50,447 bases of DNA from Eubacteriales bacterium (GCA_051867915.1 JBJDZJ010000105.1:1-50447), one strand, 5' to 3'. Counted from the first letter of the stretch, positions 1 to 10,150 are shown. Numbers and translations are program-made. Notes: generated by a model not told the origin, from the letters alone.

Positions 1-2
1 TG

Positions 3-689
3 GCTGAGACCATGCCCAAGAAGCTGGTTGCTCACACCGGTATGGACGCTATGACTCACGCAATCGAGGCATATGTCTCCACCGCTAACTGCGATTACAC
101 CGATCCTCTGGCTATTCATGCCATCGAGATGATCATGAACGAGCTGGTTCCTTCCTACAACGGCGATATGGATGCCCGTGCAAAGATGCACAACGCACAG
201 TGCCTTGCAGGTATGGCTTTCTCCAACGCTCTTCTGGGTATCGTTCACTCCATGGCGCACAAGACCGGCGCAGTATTCGCTGACTACGGCGCACATATCA
301 TCCACGGCGCAGCAAATGCAATGTACCTGCCCAAAGTTATCGCATACAACGCAAAGGATCCCACCGCAAAGAAGCGTTACGGTGTGATCGTTGATTACAT
401 GGGTCTGGGCGGAAGCAACGACGACGAGAAGGTTGCTCTTCTGATCGCTTATCTGAGAAAGATGAACGACGATCTGAACATCCCTCACTGCATCAAGAAC
501 TACGGCGCAGACAGCTATCCCTGCGAGCAGGGCTTCGTTCCCGAGGAAGTCTTCCTGGAGAGACTGCCCGAGATCGCAAAGAATGCCATCGCCGACGCCT
601 GCACCGGCTCCAATCCCCGTCAGCCCTCTCAGGAGGAGATGGAGAAGCTGCTTAAGTGCTGCTACTACGACACCGAAGTTGATTTCTGA
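3..689 (+). CDS. Iron-containing alcohol/butanol dehydrogenase (5' truncated by window edge)
   Basis: Fe-ADH motifs GMDAMTHAIEAY, AGMAFSNALLGIVHSMAH, HGAANA, DACTGSNPR; frame is open to the window start. Confidence 0.92.
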   Translation, partial: AETMPKKLVAHTGMDAMTHAIEAYVSTANCDYTDPLAIHAIEMIMNELVPSYNGDMDARAKMHNAQCLAGMAFSNALLGIVHSMAHKTGAVFADYGAHIIHGAANAMYLPKVIAYNAKDPTAKKRYGVIVDYMGLGGSNDDEKVALLIAYLRKMNDDLNIPHCIKNYGADSYPCEQGFVPEEVFLERLPEIAKNAIADACTGSNPRQPSQEEMEKLLKCCYYDTEVDF

Positions 690-701
690 TAAAGAAATTC
701 G

Positions 702-727
702 TCTCCCGAGCCATGCGGCTCGGGAGA
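702..727 (+). terminator. Intrinsic terminator-like hairpin after ADH
   Basis: TCTCCCGAGCC-atgc-GGCTCGGGAGA, perfect 11-bp stem, followed by T-rich sequence. Confidence 0.7.
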
Positions 728-772
728 TTCTCTGTCGTTTTCGATTATTTTGGACAAAGGAAGGATTCGATT

Positions 773-1360
773 ATGGAACTGCGGGATAAAAACGGACTGA
801 CCGAGGCGGAGTTTCTGGCAGGATACCGTCAGAAGGACTATCCCAGACCCAGTCTGACTGCCGATGTGCTGGTTTTCAACAAAAGCGGGGACAAAGTATC
901 GCTGATGCTGATCCGCCGGGGCGGGCATCCCTATCTGGGGAAATTTGCTCTGCCCGGGGGATTTGTGAACCCCGGCGAGACGGTGGAGCAGGCGGCGACG
1001 CGGGAGCTTGCCGAGGAAACCGGAACCGGGGGACTTCCCATGAAATTGGTAGGGGTGTACAGTGCTCCCGGACGGGATCCCCGGGCGTGGGTGGTGTCCT
1101 GTGCCTACGGTGTCTGCACCGATTGCCCCCTTCATCCCAAAGCGGGAGACGATGCGTCGGATGTTACACTCTTTGAACTGGATTATTCGATCAAGGACGG
1201 AATCTGCACGCTGAAGCTGATGAACGGGGAGCAGGTCCTGTCGGCAAAGGTGGAGTACGGCGAGGGCGGAATGCCGTCAAAAGTGCTGGAATCCGACGGG
1301 CTGGCATTCGATCACGGACAGATCATCGCCGACGGCATTCGGGCGATACTGGAAAGATGA
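773..1360 (+). CDS. NUDIX hydrolase (ADP-ribose pyrophosphatase / NrtR-N-terminal-like)
   Basis: Nudix box ALPGGFVNPGETVEQAATRELAEETG; RDPR, AGDDA and LAFDH motifs; AAGGA RBS before ATG 773. Confidence 0.88.
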   Translation: MELRDKNGLTEAEFLAGYRQKDYPRPSLTADVLVFNKSGDKVSLMLIRRGGHPYLGKFALPGGFVNPGETVEQAATRELAEETGTGGLPMKLVGVYSAPGRDPRAWVVSCAYGVCTDCPLHPKAGDDASDVTLFELDYSIKDGICTLKLMNGEQVLSAKVEYGEGGMPSKVLESDGLAFDHGQIIADGIRAILER

Positions 1361-1427
1361 TTTCATAATGGATCGGGGGCTTTCGGGGAAAGCCCTCAAC
1401 TTTTTTCGCCGATTTTTTGGAAAAGAC

Positions 1428-1456
1428 TTGCATAGACCGCCCGTTTATGTTATAAT
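1428..1456 (+). promoter_or_regulatory. sigmaA promoter of flippase gene
   Basis: TTGCAT-N17-TATAAT with TGn extension. Confidence 0.75.
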
Positions 1457-1493
1457 AAAAGGTAGTTGATTTTCAAATCGAAAGGACAAGGTT

Positions 1494-2912
1494 ATGGCAA
1501 AGAATCGGACGGAAAAGCTGATCGGCAATACTGCCATGATTGCGGCGGGGCAGTTCGGATCGAAGATCCTGGTGTATCTTCTCACCAGACTGTATACCTC
1601 TCTGCTGTCCAGCGCCGAATATTCGCTGGCATCCAATATATCAGAACTTGCGTCCCTGCTGATTCCTCTGATTTCCTTCGGAATCGGAGAGGCAATCTTC
1701 CGCCTTGCAAAGGGAGGGGAATACCGCAGAAAAGAGGTCTTTTCCTCCGCCTTCGTGATCTGGGGAATGGGATCCCTGCTCCTGCTGGCCATCCTGCCCA
1801 TCCTATGGCAGATCAACTATTTCAAAAATTATGTCTTTTTGGTGGCATTCTACGCCATGGCGTCGGTTTTCCACACCATTTGCACCAACTATATCCGCTC
1901 CCAGGGCAAGGTCCGGCTGTATGCCGTTCAGGGTATTCTCAACACCGCACTGGTGATTTCCCTGAACATCCTCTTCCTGATCCCCCTGCATATGTCCTCG
2001 GTGGGCTATGTGCTGTCGGTACCGGTTGCCGATCTGCTGATTACCCTGTTTCTGATCGTGAAGGAAAAACTGTGGAAGGATTTTTCGTTGAACGAGATCC
2101 GCACCTCGTCCATCCGGAGTATGCTGCGGTACAGCATCCCTCTGATTCCCACCACCGTCTTCATGTGGATCATCAACATCTCCGACCGCTTCATGGTGAC
2201 CTATTTCTGCGGCGACAGCGTCAACGGACTGTACAGCGCCGCCTATAAGATTCCCACCCTGCTGGGTGTCCTGAACTCCATTTTCATCTACGCCTGGCAG
2301 ATTTCCGCCATGGACGAAAAGAATGCTTCCGACAAAAAACGCTACTATACCCGGATTTTTGTCACCTATTCCTCCATCCTCTACCTGCTTGGCGGCTGTA
2401 TCATCCTGTTTTCCAAGGTTATAACGGCGTTGATGTTCGCAAAATCCTATGCCGATGCCTGGATTTATATTCCCATTCTGACCCTTGCCATGGTGCTTCA
2501 CAACTTTGCGTCCTATCTGGACAGCGAAAACATGGTGCGCATGAAGAGTCTGCCCACCATGTTTACCGCCCTGTCCGGAGCCGCCGTCAACCTGATTCTG
2601 AATCTGATTCTGATTCCCCGGTTCGGCGGAATCGGCGCTGCCATTGCCACCTATGTCAGCTATCTTGTCACCTTCCTAACCCGTGCCGTTATCGTCCGAA
2701 GTTCCATTGAGGTTCATCCGCTGATGACCCTGCTGAACAATCTCCTGCTCCTTGGCATGGTGATTCTGACCATGACCCGGTGGAGAATCATCTGGATTGT
2801 CGGCGATCTGGTTCTTCTCGCCCTATTGTACTGGCTGAACCGTTATCCCATCCTGTTTATGGCGAAGGGCATTCTGTCGGGACTTTCGAAACGCTTCAAA
2901 GCCCGCAGGTGA
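1494..2912 (+). CDS. Polysaccharide/oligosaccharide flippase (Wzx-like, MOP superfamily)
   Basis: Many TM segments; SDRFMV..GLYSAAYKIP and NLILIPRFGGIGAAIAT motifs. Confidence 0.85.
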   Translation: MAKNRTEKLIGNTAMIAAGQFGSKILVYLLTRLYTSLLSSAEYSLASNISELASLLIPLISFGIGEAIFRLAKGGEYRRKEVFSSAFVIWGMGSLLLLAILPILWQINYFKNYVFLVAFYAMASVFHTICTNYIRSQGKVRLYAVQGILNTALVISLNILFLIPLHMSSVGYVLSVPVADLLITLFLIVKEKLWKDFSLNEIRTSSIRSMLRYSIPLIPTTVFMWIINISDRFMVTYFCGDSVNGLYSAAYKIPTLLGVLNSIFIYAWQISAMDEKNASDKKRYYTRIFVTYSSILYLLGGCIILFSKVITALMFAKSYADAWIYIPILTLAMVLHNFASYLDSENMVRMKSLPTMFTALSGAAVNLILNLILIPRFGGIGAAIATYVSYLVTFLTRAVIVRSSIEVHPLMTLLNNLLLLGMVILTMTRWRIIWIVGDLVLLALLYWLNRYPILFMAKGILSGLSKRFKARR

Positions 2913-3492
2913 GCAGATAGGAGATCAGCAGAAAGGAATCGTCGCCTGCCTTTCCCGACATCAGGAACAGCATGGCTCCCATAAAGAGCCAATCGTGCAG
3001 ATCAAGCCCCGTCAAAAGGTCGAAGGGATCCGATTGGGTACTGTCTTTTGTAAGAATATCTTCCATGTCTGTCCTTTCGCCGACCGTCGGCGTCCGAAGA
3101 AGCTCCGACAGCTGTTTGATCCTGTCGGAGATCGGATCATAGCGGGTATCATCGGTCGATCCGTCGCCGATCAGGGGAACCGTGCAGCTGACGGCAGGCT
3201 CCGTTTGGTCGCCCTCCTCCGGTTCAACCGGGACGGCAGTCTGAATCTCCTGCGAATCCCGGGATTGAAGCTCCCCGGACTCCGGAGGAGGATCGGAAAA
3301 CCCCGGGAATGCCTCTGCGGCATTGGGAATATCGGCGGAGTCCTGAAGCCCTACGGTTGGCTGACAGGAATCGTTTCCGATCTCCTTTTCTGGTATGGAG
3401 GCGCCGGACGGCAAAGCGGGGTCTGACGGAAAAGCGGTTCCCGCATAATCGGGAGGCGGGGACGGAACACGGATTTTGTATCGACTGTACAT
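2896..3492 (-). CDS. Hypothetical protein, Pro/acidic-rich with hydrophobic C-terminus (possibly sporulation-associated)
   Basis: GGGGAGG RBS before ATG 3492 (MYSRY..PPDYAG); C-terminus HDWLFMGAMLFLM..DDSFLLISYLL; 3' end overlaps the convergent flippase stop. Confidence 0.65.
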   Translation of the reverse strand: MYSRYKIRVPSPPPDYAGTAFPSDPALPSGASIPEKEIGNDSCQPTVGLQDSADIPNAAEAFPGFSDPPPESGELQSRDSQEIQTAVPVEPEEGDQTEPAVSCTVPLIGDGSTDDTRYDPISDRIKQLSELLRTPTVGERTDMEDILTKDSTQSDPFDLLTGLDLHDWLFMGAMLFLMSGKAGDDSFLLISYLLTCGL

Positions 3493-3509
3493 GGAATCCT
3501 CCCCTTCTT

Positions 3510-3929
3510 CTATCGGGTTGATTTGCCGCCCATACCCTCTGCCAGCTCCATAACCTCCAGAAGACGGATGAGCAGCTCCAGCCGATCCTTCTTGTCGGGG
3601 GAGATAAAGGGTCGCATTGCCTCCAGAAGTGCAGTACGCTCCTTGTGCCCGATCTTTGGTCTGGGAGGTTGCTCCTTTTGGGGGCAATCTCTCCTGCATT
3701 CCCCCCGATCTTCTTCGCATGGAATCGGCCGGGCGCTGTCCTGCTGCCAATCCCGAATGCACTCCGATTTCGGGGGCGTCTCGTCTGCCTTTTTCGGGAA
3801 GAGATTGTTCAGTGCCCCCGAGGATGCCAGTACCGACGCCATGTTCATGGCTCCCGAAAGAAGCTCGGGATTCTCCATAACTTTTTTGAGCAGATCGCCC
3901 ATACCGGAAAAATTTTGCGGATCGGTCAA
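3510..3929 (-). CDS. Hypothetical protein (possibly sporulation-associated)
   Basis: GAGGGGAG RBS; C-terminal ALLEAMRPFISPDKKDRLELLIRLL resembles a motif of small clostridial hypothetical proteins. Confidence 0.7.
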   Translation of the reverse strand: MTDPQNFSGMGDLLKKVMENPELLSGAMNMASVLASSGALNNLFPKKADETPPKSECIRDWQQDSARPIPCEEDRGECRRDCPQKEQPPRPKIGHKERTALLEAMRPFISPDKKDRLELLIRLLEVMELAEGMGGKSTR

Positions 3930-4051
3930 TCATGATCTCTCCCCTCTGTATTTGGCTGATTGGTTTGTAAACCGATTCTATTCATGCACGGACCCTGCCA
4001 TTCTTTCGCTGTACGGTAATAATATCATAACGCCTGTGTGCAACTTTGCGG

Positions 4052-4285
4052 CTATTTTTGAAGCTTCGACAGGATCTCTTCCGTCCGGTCTTTTCCGATC
4101 CGATTTGCCAGCTTTTGCAGATCGCTGTCGGACGCTCCCGCCAGCATCGTCTTCAGCGCAGGCGTGTTGGAGATCAGGTTCTCCACCTGATCGGGGCTCA
4201 GCCCCATGGCGCCTGCCGCCATGCGCACCATTTGTCGGAACTGTTCGTCGTCCAGATTCCGCAGATCGGATACATCGTGTTGCAT
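4052..4285 (-). CDS. Small helical hypothetical protein
   Basis: AAGGGGGGAG RBS, 77 aa, first gene of a three-gene minus-strand cluster. Confidence 0.7.
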   Translation of the reverse strand: MQHDVSDLRNLDDEQFRQMVRMAAGAMGLSPDQVENLISNTPALKTMLAGASDSDLQKLANRIGKDRTEEILSKLQK

Positions 4286-4316
4286 AAACGCTCCCCCCTT
4301 TATCGGTTTTCCTTAA

Positions 4317-4345
4317 CATAGTATGACGGGAAGGGGAGATTGGTT
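4317..4345 (-). promoter_or_regulatory. Putative sigmaK (or sigmaE)-type promoter
   Basis: Minus strand AACC-N16-CATACTATG matches mACm-N16-CATAnnnT. Confidence 0.5.
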
Positions 4346-4372
4346 CATGAAGAAGAGAAAGAGGGTTTTATC

Positions 4373-4870
4373 TTGAAACTGATTGTTTTTTCCGACTCCC
4401 ACGGACAGAGCTACGGAATGCGGCAGGCAGCAAAGCTGCATCCCGGCGCCGACTGTTTTTTGCATCTTGGGGACGGAAACCGTGAATTTGAGTCGCTGTG
4501 CGAAGAAATGCACCTTCCCCATGCGGCGGTGAGAGGCAACTGCGATCTTTTCGGCACTTCCTCCGATCTTCCCTTAAAGCAGTGTCTGGATTTCGGAGGC
4601 TGTCGGGTGTTTTTCTGTCACGGACACGAATATGCTGTCAAATATACGAGCACCGATCTGATCCGCGCGGGAGTCGAACACTCTGCCGATCTGATCCTGT
4701 TCGGACACACCCATGTCCCCTGCGAGAACTATCTTGCCGACGAGGGAGATCACGGAATATACCTGTTCAACCCGGGTAGCATTTCCTCCACCCATACCTA
4801 TGGAATCGTGGAGATCGTTCCGGGCAGACAGCGGCCGGGTATTCTGACTTCAATTGCCGAAATACGGTAA
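4373..4870 (+). CDS. YfcE/MJ0936-family metallophosphoesterase
   Basis: SDSHG, HLGDG, VRGNCD, CHGH, FGHTH and NPGS motifs; TTG start after GAGGG. Confidence 0.92.
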   Translation: MKLIVFSDSHGQSYGMRQAAKLHPGADCFLHLGDGNREFESLCEEMHLPHAAVRGNCDLFGTSSDLPLKQCLDFGGCRVFFCHGHEYAVKYTSTDLIRAGVEHSADLILFGHTHVPCENYLADEGDHGIYLFNPGSISSTHTYGIVEIVPGRQRPGILTSIAEIR

Positions 4871-4893
4871 AGATCAGGAAAAGGAGAAGAAAT

Positions 4894-5442
4894 ATGCAAT
4901 TCAAACCCAATAAGAACACCAAAAACGCATGGATTGTGGTGGGATTTCTGACCACTATGGCCTTCCTCTTCTGGCTGTTCAGTGCGCTGAAATGGGGGTA
5001 TTCGGTGGTCAATCAGACGGGTCTTATGGTGACGGTGGTTGCCGATCTGCTGGTCGCTATTCGCTATCTGATTAACGATTATGTCTACTCCATCAACGAA
5101 GAGGGCTATTTTACCGTTCACCGTGTGACGGCAAAATCGAACAAACTCCTTGCCGATATCCGCATTACGGCAGGCGATCGGATTGTCCCCGGGAAAAAGG
5201 ATATGTCCGAGTACGGCACCATCAACAGAAAGGAAAATTTCGCCGTCTCCCTCTTTCCCAAACAGACCTATTATTACATATTCAAGACAGGGTCCGGACA
5301 GGATGCCATGATTCTGGAGTGCGGTGAGGATGTGGCAGAGCTGATCGGTCAGGCCATCGAAAAATACGGCAGGATGCGGAGGGATGAGGATGAAGAAAAC
5401 GAATACGGAGAAAACGACGAGAACGACGAGGGTGAAGGCTGA
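4894..5442 (+). CDS. Hypothetical membrane protein (two N-terminal TMs, acidic tail)
   Basis: AAGGAG RBS, hydrophobic N-terminal helices. Confidence 0.75.
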   Translation: MQFKPNKNTKNAWIVVGFLTTMAFLFWLFSALKWGYSVVNQTGLMVTVVADLLVAIRYLINDYVYSINEEGYFTVHRVTAKSNKLLADIRITAGDRIVPGKKDMSEYGTINRKENFAVSLFPKQTYYYIFKTGSGQDAMILECGEDVAELIGQAIEKYGRMRRDEDEENEYGENDENDEGEG

Positions 5443-6571
5443 TCTCTCGGAAAACGGAACCGGATTTGACCGCCGCGGCGAGCGTGCGGGGATCGTGGGA
5501 ATCGCCGTCAATCTGATGCTGGCGGGATGCAAACTGGTGCTGGGTATGATATCGGGGTCGGTTTCGGTTATGGCGGATGCCGCCAACAATCTGTCCGACT
5601 GCGGAGGATCGGTTCTGACCATTCTGGGCTTCCGACTGTCCTCCCGACCTGCCGATAAGGAGCATCCCTTCGGACACGCCCGATATGAGTACATCACCGG
5701 TCTGATGCTGTCCTTTCTGATTCTGCTGTTGGGCTTTTCCTTCTTGAAGGAGTCGGTTCAGCGGATATTCGGTGAAAATGCCACCCATTTTACGGCGCTG
5801 ACGCTGACGCTTCTCGGACTGTCGGTTGCCGCCAAACTGGGTCTGGGACTGTTCTATCGGCATATGGGGGCGATTCTCCGTTCCCAGACCCTTCGGGCAA
5901 GTGCGGTGGACAGCTTCACAGACGCCATCCTGACCTCGGTGGTTCTGCTGGGAGGATTGCTCCGTGCAACCACGGGAATTGAGGCGGACGGATATGTGGG
6001 TATTGCGGTTGCCGTTGTCATTCTGATCGCCGGCGGGAAGCTGGTGCGGGAGGCGACCGGGCTTCTGCTGGGGAAGGCTCCCGACAAGGAGGTTGTGGAC
6101 CGTCTGAATGCCCGGATTCTGAGCCGTCCCGAGGTGCTGGGAATGCACGACCTCATGGTTCACAGTTACGGAGAGAGCCGGATCTTTGCCACGGCTCATG
6201 TGGAAATCGACGCCCGCACCGATCTGCTGACGGCACACACCGTTGCGGATGAGATTGAGCAGGAGGTGTTGGCAGAGTCGGGAATCCATCTGGTGATTCA
6301 TGTGGATCCGGTGGTCAACGACGACGAGCGGCTGACCCGTCTGCGGGCGGATGTGGGAGAAATTCTCAGAGGAATTTCCCCAAAACTGGGCTATCACGAT
6401 CTGCATCTTCATAAGGAGGAGGACGGAGTCAAGCTGTTCTTCGATCTGACCGTTCCTGTGGATTTCGTTCTGCCCGATGAGGAACTGCTGTCTCTGATTT
6501 GCCGTGAGATCGGGGAAAAATACCCGGACATTACCCCCGGTATCCGTGTGGATCGGGATTTCGGGGAGTAA
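5390..6571 (+). CDS. Cation diffusion facilitator (FieF-like) transporter
   Basis: ADAANNLSD, PADKEHPFGHARYEY, HDLMVHSYG and VIHVDP motifs; start 5384 or 5390, overlapping the upstream gene. Confidence 0.92.
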   Translation: MKKTNTEKTTRTTRVKADLSENGTGFDRRGERAGIVGIAVNLMLAGCKLVLGMISGSVSVMADAANNLSDCGGSVLTILGFRLSSRPADKEHPFGHARYEYITGLMLSFLILLLGFSFLKESVQRIFGENATHFTALTLTLLGLSVAAKLGLGLFYRHMGAILRSQTLRASAVDSFTDAILTSVVLLGGLLRATTGIEADGYVGIAVAVVILIAGGKLVREATGLLLGKAPDKEVVDRLNARILSRPEVLGMHDLMVHSYGESRIFATAHVEIDARTDLLTAHTVADEIEQEVLAESGIHLVIHVDPVVNDDERLTRLRADVGEILRGISPKLGYHDLHLHKEEDGVKLFFDLTVPVDFVLPDEELLSLICREIGEKYPDITPGIRVDRDFGE

Positions 6572-6624
6572 TCGGGATTCCATTGGGGCTGTAAAAAGGA
6601 CCCGGTTGCAGAAATGCAAAACAG

Positions 6625-6671
6625 AAAACCCAACGGAGGAGCAAGTCCAACGCTTGCCCCCGTTGGGTTTT
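6625..6671. terminator. Bidirectional terminator between convergent CDF and MATE genes
   Basis: AAAACCCAACGG..GCAAG-loop-CTTGC..CCGTTGGGTTTT. Confidence 0.7.
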
Positions 6672-6793
6672 GTGATCTGTTTGGGCCCACCGAAAGCAGT
6701 CCCTTCCTGATAGGCGCCCTGTCTTGATGGAAAGCAGTATGCCACAGCCAGAAAAACTCACGGTAAACTGATAGGTGCATTTTTGATTTTTTT

Positions 6794-8158
6794 CTACTTT
6801 TCAGCAGATAACCGTTTCGTATAGCGTGTCATCATGACCGCAACAAAAATCGCAACGATCAGCTCCGTCAGGGGCATGGCAAACCAAATGCTGCCCGCCC
6901 CGGCAACGATGGGTAGCAGATAAATCAAAATCCCGCTGATAACCGCACCACTTGATACCGATACGATAAAGGAAATCGACGGCTTCATGAGGGCTTGGAA
7001 ATAGTAGGTCGAAAAGATATTGAGCGGCAGAAGCAAAAAGGAAATACCGTACCTGCGAATTATGGCAGGCGCGATTTTTAAGATGCCGTCTGTCGGCGTC
7101 ATAAAGATACGGACAAAAAGATTGGGTGCAAATTCAGCCAGCGCCGTCCAAATCAGACCGAATACGGCGGCTGTTGCGAGGGCATATTTCAGAATATCAC
7201 GAATCCGTTTTCCCCCATGTGCGCCGAAGTTTGTGGAGATCATCGGCTGGGACGCCTGACCGATGCTGTAAGCACAGCACTGGACAAAAGTGCTGATGTT
7301 GATAATGATACCGTAAACGGACAGCGCATCGGTGCCGAGATACTTAAGAATCTGACGGTTGAACAGCATGGTCAGGATTCCCATCGCCACATCAATAAAG
7401 AAGGTGGAAAAACCGGTTACGCTGATGGATTTCAGCATGGAAAGCAGTTTTGTCGGTCTTTCAAGCCGCAGGGTGTTTCTTTTGCTGAAAAAATGGGTCA
7501 GCATCATGATCAGGGAGAAAACGGAGCCCATAACGGTAGCAAGACCGGCTCCCATAACGCCCATATCCAATGCAAAGACGAAGAACCAGTCCCCGAAAAC
7601 ATTGAAGATACCGCCGAACAAAACGGCTTTCGTTGCAAGTCCCGGATTGCCGTCATTGCGCAAAAACGCCGCCATAAGCTGAGTCAAAAGGAAACTCGGC
7701 ACGGCAAATTTTACAGGGAAAAGATAACGCCTCGCCAACGGGAGCAGCGTTTCCTTTGCCCCGAAAAGCATCAGCAGTTCACGGTCAAAGAAAATGACTG
7801 CGATCCAAGTGATGACCGCCAAAATCGCCGTGCCGATCAAAGCGGCTGTAAAGTATTCGTTTGACTTTTTGCGGTTTTGTTCCGATTCTCCCCGCAAGGT
7901 ACTGAAAAGGACAGAACCGCCGATTCCCATAAGCAGTCCCAGGCTGTATATGATATTCCAGATCGGGCTGACCACCGCCAGAGCCGCCGTTCCGCTCGGT
8001 CCCTGATACTGACCGACCATTGCCATATCGACCACGCCGTAAATCGAGGAAATCAGCGCACTGCCGAAAGCGGCAGTCAGATATTTGAAGTACATCGGTT
8101 TGACTTTTCCGGTGAGAAAGTCGGTGCTTCCGTTGTTTTTCATGACTTGTTCAGACAT
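6794..8158 (-). CDS. MATE family efflux transporter
   Basis: About 12 TMs; VDMAMVG, AFLRNDGNP and FNVFGDWFFVF..MGVMGAGLAT motifs. Confidence 0.92.
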   Translation of the reverse strand: MSEQVMKNNGSTDFLTGKVKPMYFKYLTAAFGSALISSIYGVVDMAMVGQYQGPSGTAALAVVSPIWNIIYSLGLLMGIGGSVLFSTLRGESEQNRKKSNEYFTAALIGTAILAVITWIAVIFFDRELLMLFGAKETLLPLARRYLFPVKFAVPSFLLTQLMAAFLRNDGNPGLATKAVLFGGIFNVFGDWFFVFALDMGVMGAGLATVMGSVFSLIMMLTHFFSKRNTLRLERPTKLLSMLKSISVTGFSTFFIDVAMGILTMLFNRQILKYLGTDALSVYGIIINISTFVQCCAYSIGQASQPMISTNFGAHGGKRIRDILKYALATAAVFGLIWTALAEFAPNLFVRIFMTPTDGILKIAPAIIRRYGISFLLLPLNIFSTYYFQALMKPSISFIVSVSSGAVISGILIYLLPIVAGAGSIWFAMPLTELIVAIFVAVMMTRYTKRLSAEK

Positions 8159-8170
8159 ACGCTATCTCCT

Positions 8171-9484
8171 TTACCTGTAAATGATGCCTTTTCTCTCGGA
8201 GGTTTTCCTGAGTGTAATTGCCACAATCAGCACAAGCGCCTCATAGATTCCGAAGGTGTGCCATACGACCGCACTTCCGAACAGTTTGGGCAGGAATGTA
8301 ATAATCAGCGAATTCATCACAAGACTGCGCACAACATTCAGGGCAATTGCCTGACCGGAGCGCTTGGTGGAATAGAAGTAGGCGGAAAGCATACTGTTGA
8401 CACTGCCGGTGATAAAGCCCCAGCAGTATTCCCACATATGGATTGCCGTAAATTCCAGCGTTTCGGCGTCCGCGCCGAACAGCTTGCAGAGAAAGTGCGG
8501 AAAGATCACATAGATTGCCACACAAAGCGCGCTTCCGATAACGCTGATGAACTGCCCTGCACGGTAGTAATGCTTCAGGTTGTCGTCCTCTTTTGCACCG
8601 TAAGCCTGCCCGAACAGGGGTTGCATTCCCTCCGATGCCCCGAAGAAGACGGACATTGTAAAGGAGGACAGATAAGAGATAATGGCAAACGCATTGATAC
8701 CGATATCGCCGTAGGCTGCCATCAGGGTGCGGTTCATACAAAGAGTCGTGACCGGTGTGGAGAACTGGGCGATGGCCTCGGGCAGTCCACGGAATGCAAT
8801 TTTGCGAAACAGCTTCATCTGCGGCTTGTATTTGCAGATTCGAAGGTTGCCCTTTTTAAACACATAATGTGTCAAAACCACCAACAAACCGGCAATCTGC
8901 GAAATGCCGGTTGCGACAGCCGCACCCATCACGCCCATTTGCAAAGGAAAGACAAACAGCCAGTCAAGGAAAATGTTCAGCGATGTGCTGACAACATTTG
9001 TGACTGCCACCAGTCCGGGAGAACCGTCGTTGCGACAGAAGGATTGCAGGTTCAGGGACAGCGCATTGGGAATGGCAAAAAGCGCATACCAGAATACATA
9101 TTCCCGTACAAGCGGCAAATAGCTTTCGGATGCACCCAGCAGACCGCACACCGCACCTGTAAATCCGGAGCCTAACAGGGTAATCAGAACACCGACAGCA
9201 AGGTTTAAGGTAAACGAGTGCATGAAAGCGTTTTGCCCGCCTGCCTTATCACTGCGTCCGAATCGGATAGCTGTAATGGTAACGCCGCCGATACTTGCCA
9301 TGGCATTCAGTGCCTGTGCAAGCAGTACAAAGGGCAGTGCCAGATTGACCGCACCGAGTGCCTGACTTCCGGCACCGTTTCCGACGAAAATACCGTCCAC
9401 GACAGAAAACAGAAATACACAGGCATTGGCTAAAATGGCAGGCGCAACATTTTGAAAGATCATCTTTCTTCTTGAAGATACCAT
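8171..9484 (-). CDS. MATE family efflux transporter
   Basis: VDGIFVG, FCRNDGSP, NIFLDWLFVF..GVMGAAVATG and QPLFGQAYGA motifs. Confidence 0.92.
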   Translation of the reverse strand: MVSSRRKMIFQNVAPAILANACVFLFSVVDGIFVGNGAGSQALGAVNLALPFVLLAQALNAMASIGGVTITAIRFGRSDKAGGQNAFMHSFTLNLAVGVLITLLGSGFTGAVCGLLGASESYLPLVREYVFWYALFAIPNALSLNLQSFCRNDGSPGLVAVTNVVSTSLNIFLDWLFVFPLQMGVMGAAVATGISQIAGLLVVLTHYVFKKGNLRICKYKPQMKLFRKIAFRGLPEAIAQFSTPVTTLCMNRTLMAAYGDIGINAFAIISYLSSFTMSVFFGASEGMQPLFGQAYGAKEDDNLKHYYRAGQFISVIGSALCVAIYVIFPHFLCKLFGADAETLEFTAIHMWEYCWGFITGSVNSMLSAYFYSTKRSGQAIALNVVRSLVMNSLIITFLPKLFGSAVVWHTFGIYEALVLIVAITLRKTSERKGIIYR

Positions 9485-9499
9485 ATATTTCACCCCGCT

Positions 9500-10117
9500 T
9501 TATTCCCGACAAAACCAAAGTTTTACATAATCCGCAACGGCGGGGATCAATGTTTTGATTTCCCTGCCCGAAGTGTTGATGCAAAGATGATAGGATTCTT
9601 TTTTACCCCAGGCCTCTTCGCAGAACATAGCACGGTATGCGGCACGCTCTTTATCAATCTGCCTCATTTTTCGTAGCATTTCTTTTTCCGAGAAATGCTC
9701 CTTTTCATCCGCACGGTTTTTACAGCGAATCAGCTTGGACTGCCGATCGGCATATACAAAGATGTTCATGGGATTCATTTCACGCAAAACAATGTCTGCA
9801 CACCGTCCTACGATTACGCAGTCCCCCTGCTGTGCCAGCTCTTTGATCAGTTCATGTTCAGAGACCGTGATTGCTACCGATTGCTGTGTCATAGGATGAG
9901 GTGCAACAAGTCGGTGCGCTATGGTGGTAGGGTAGAACACTCGAATGTCCTTTTCGGAAACATGTGTAACATGGTTTTTGTCAAAACCGTATTTTTCTGC
10001 CACCATGTCCACAATTTCATGGTCATAGCATGGGATACCGAGAGCGTCTGCCAAACGCTTTCCAAGTTCCCGTCCGCCGCTGCCGAATTCCCGGTTGATT
10101 GTAATAATTCTCATCAT
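9500..10117 (-). CDS. Cytidylate kinase-like family protein
   Basis: IITINREFGSGG P-loop-like motif, VIVGRCAD, IDKERAAY, YHLCINTS; GGAGG RBS. Confidence 0.88.
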   Translation of the reverse strand: MMRIITINREFGSGGRELGKRLADALGIPCYDHEIVDMVAEKYGFDKNHVTHVSEKDIRVFYPTTIAHRLVAPHPMTQQSVAITVSEHELIKELAQQGDCVIVGRCADIVLREMNPMNIFVYADRQSKLIRCKNRADEKEHFSEKEMLRKMRQIDKERAAYRAMFCEEAWGKKESYHLCINTSGREIKTLIPAVADYVKLWFCRE

Positions 10118-10150
10118 AATACCTCCGAATATTTTGATTTTCATAACAAA

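Noticed and set aside
2896-3933. 345-aa ORF as given in the track
   Set aside because: Its N-terminal half overlaps the better-supported 3510-3929 gene; the real start is ATG 3492 with a strong RBS
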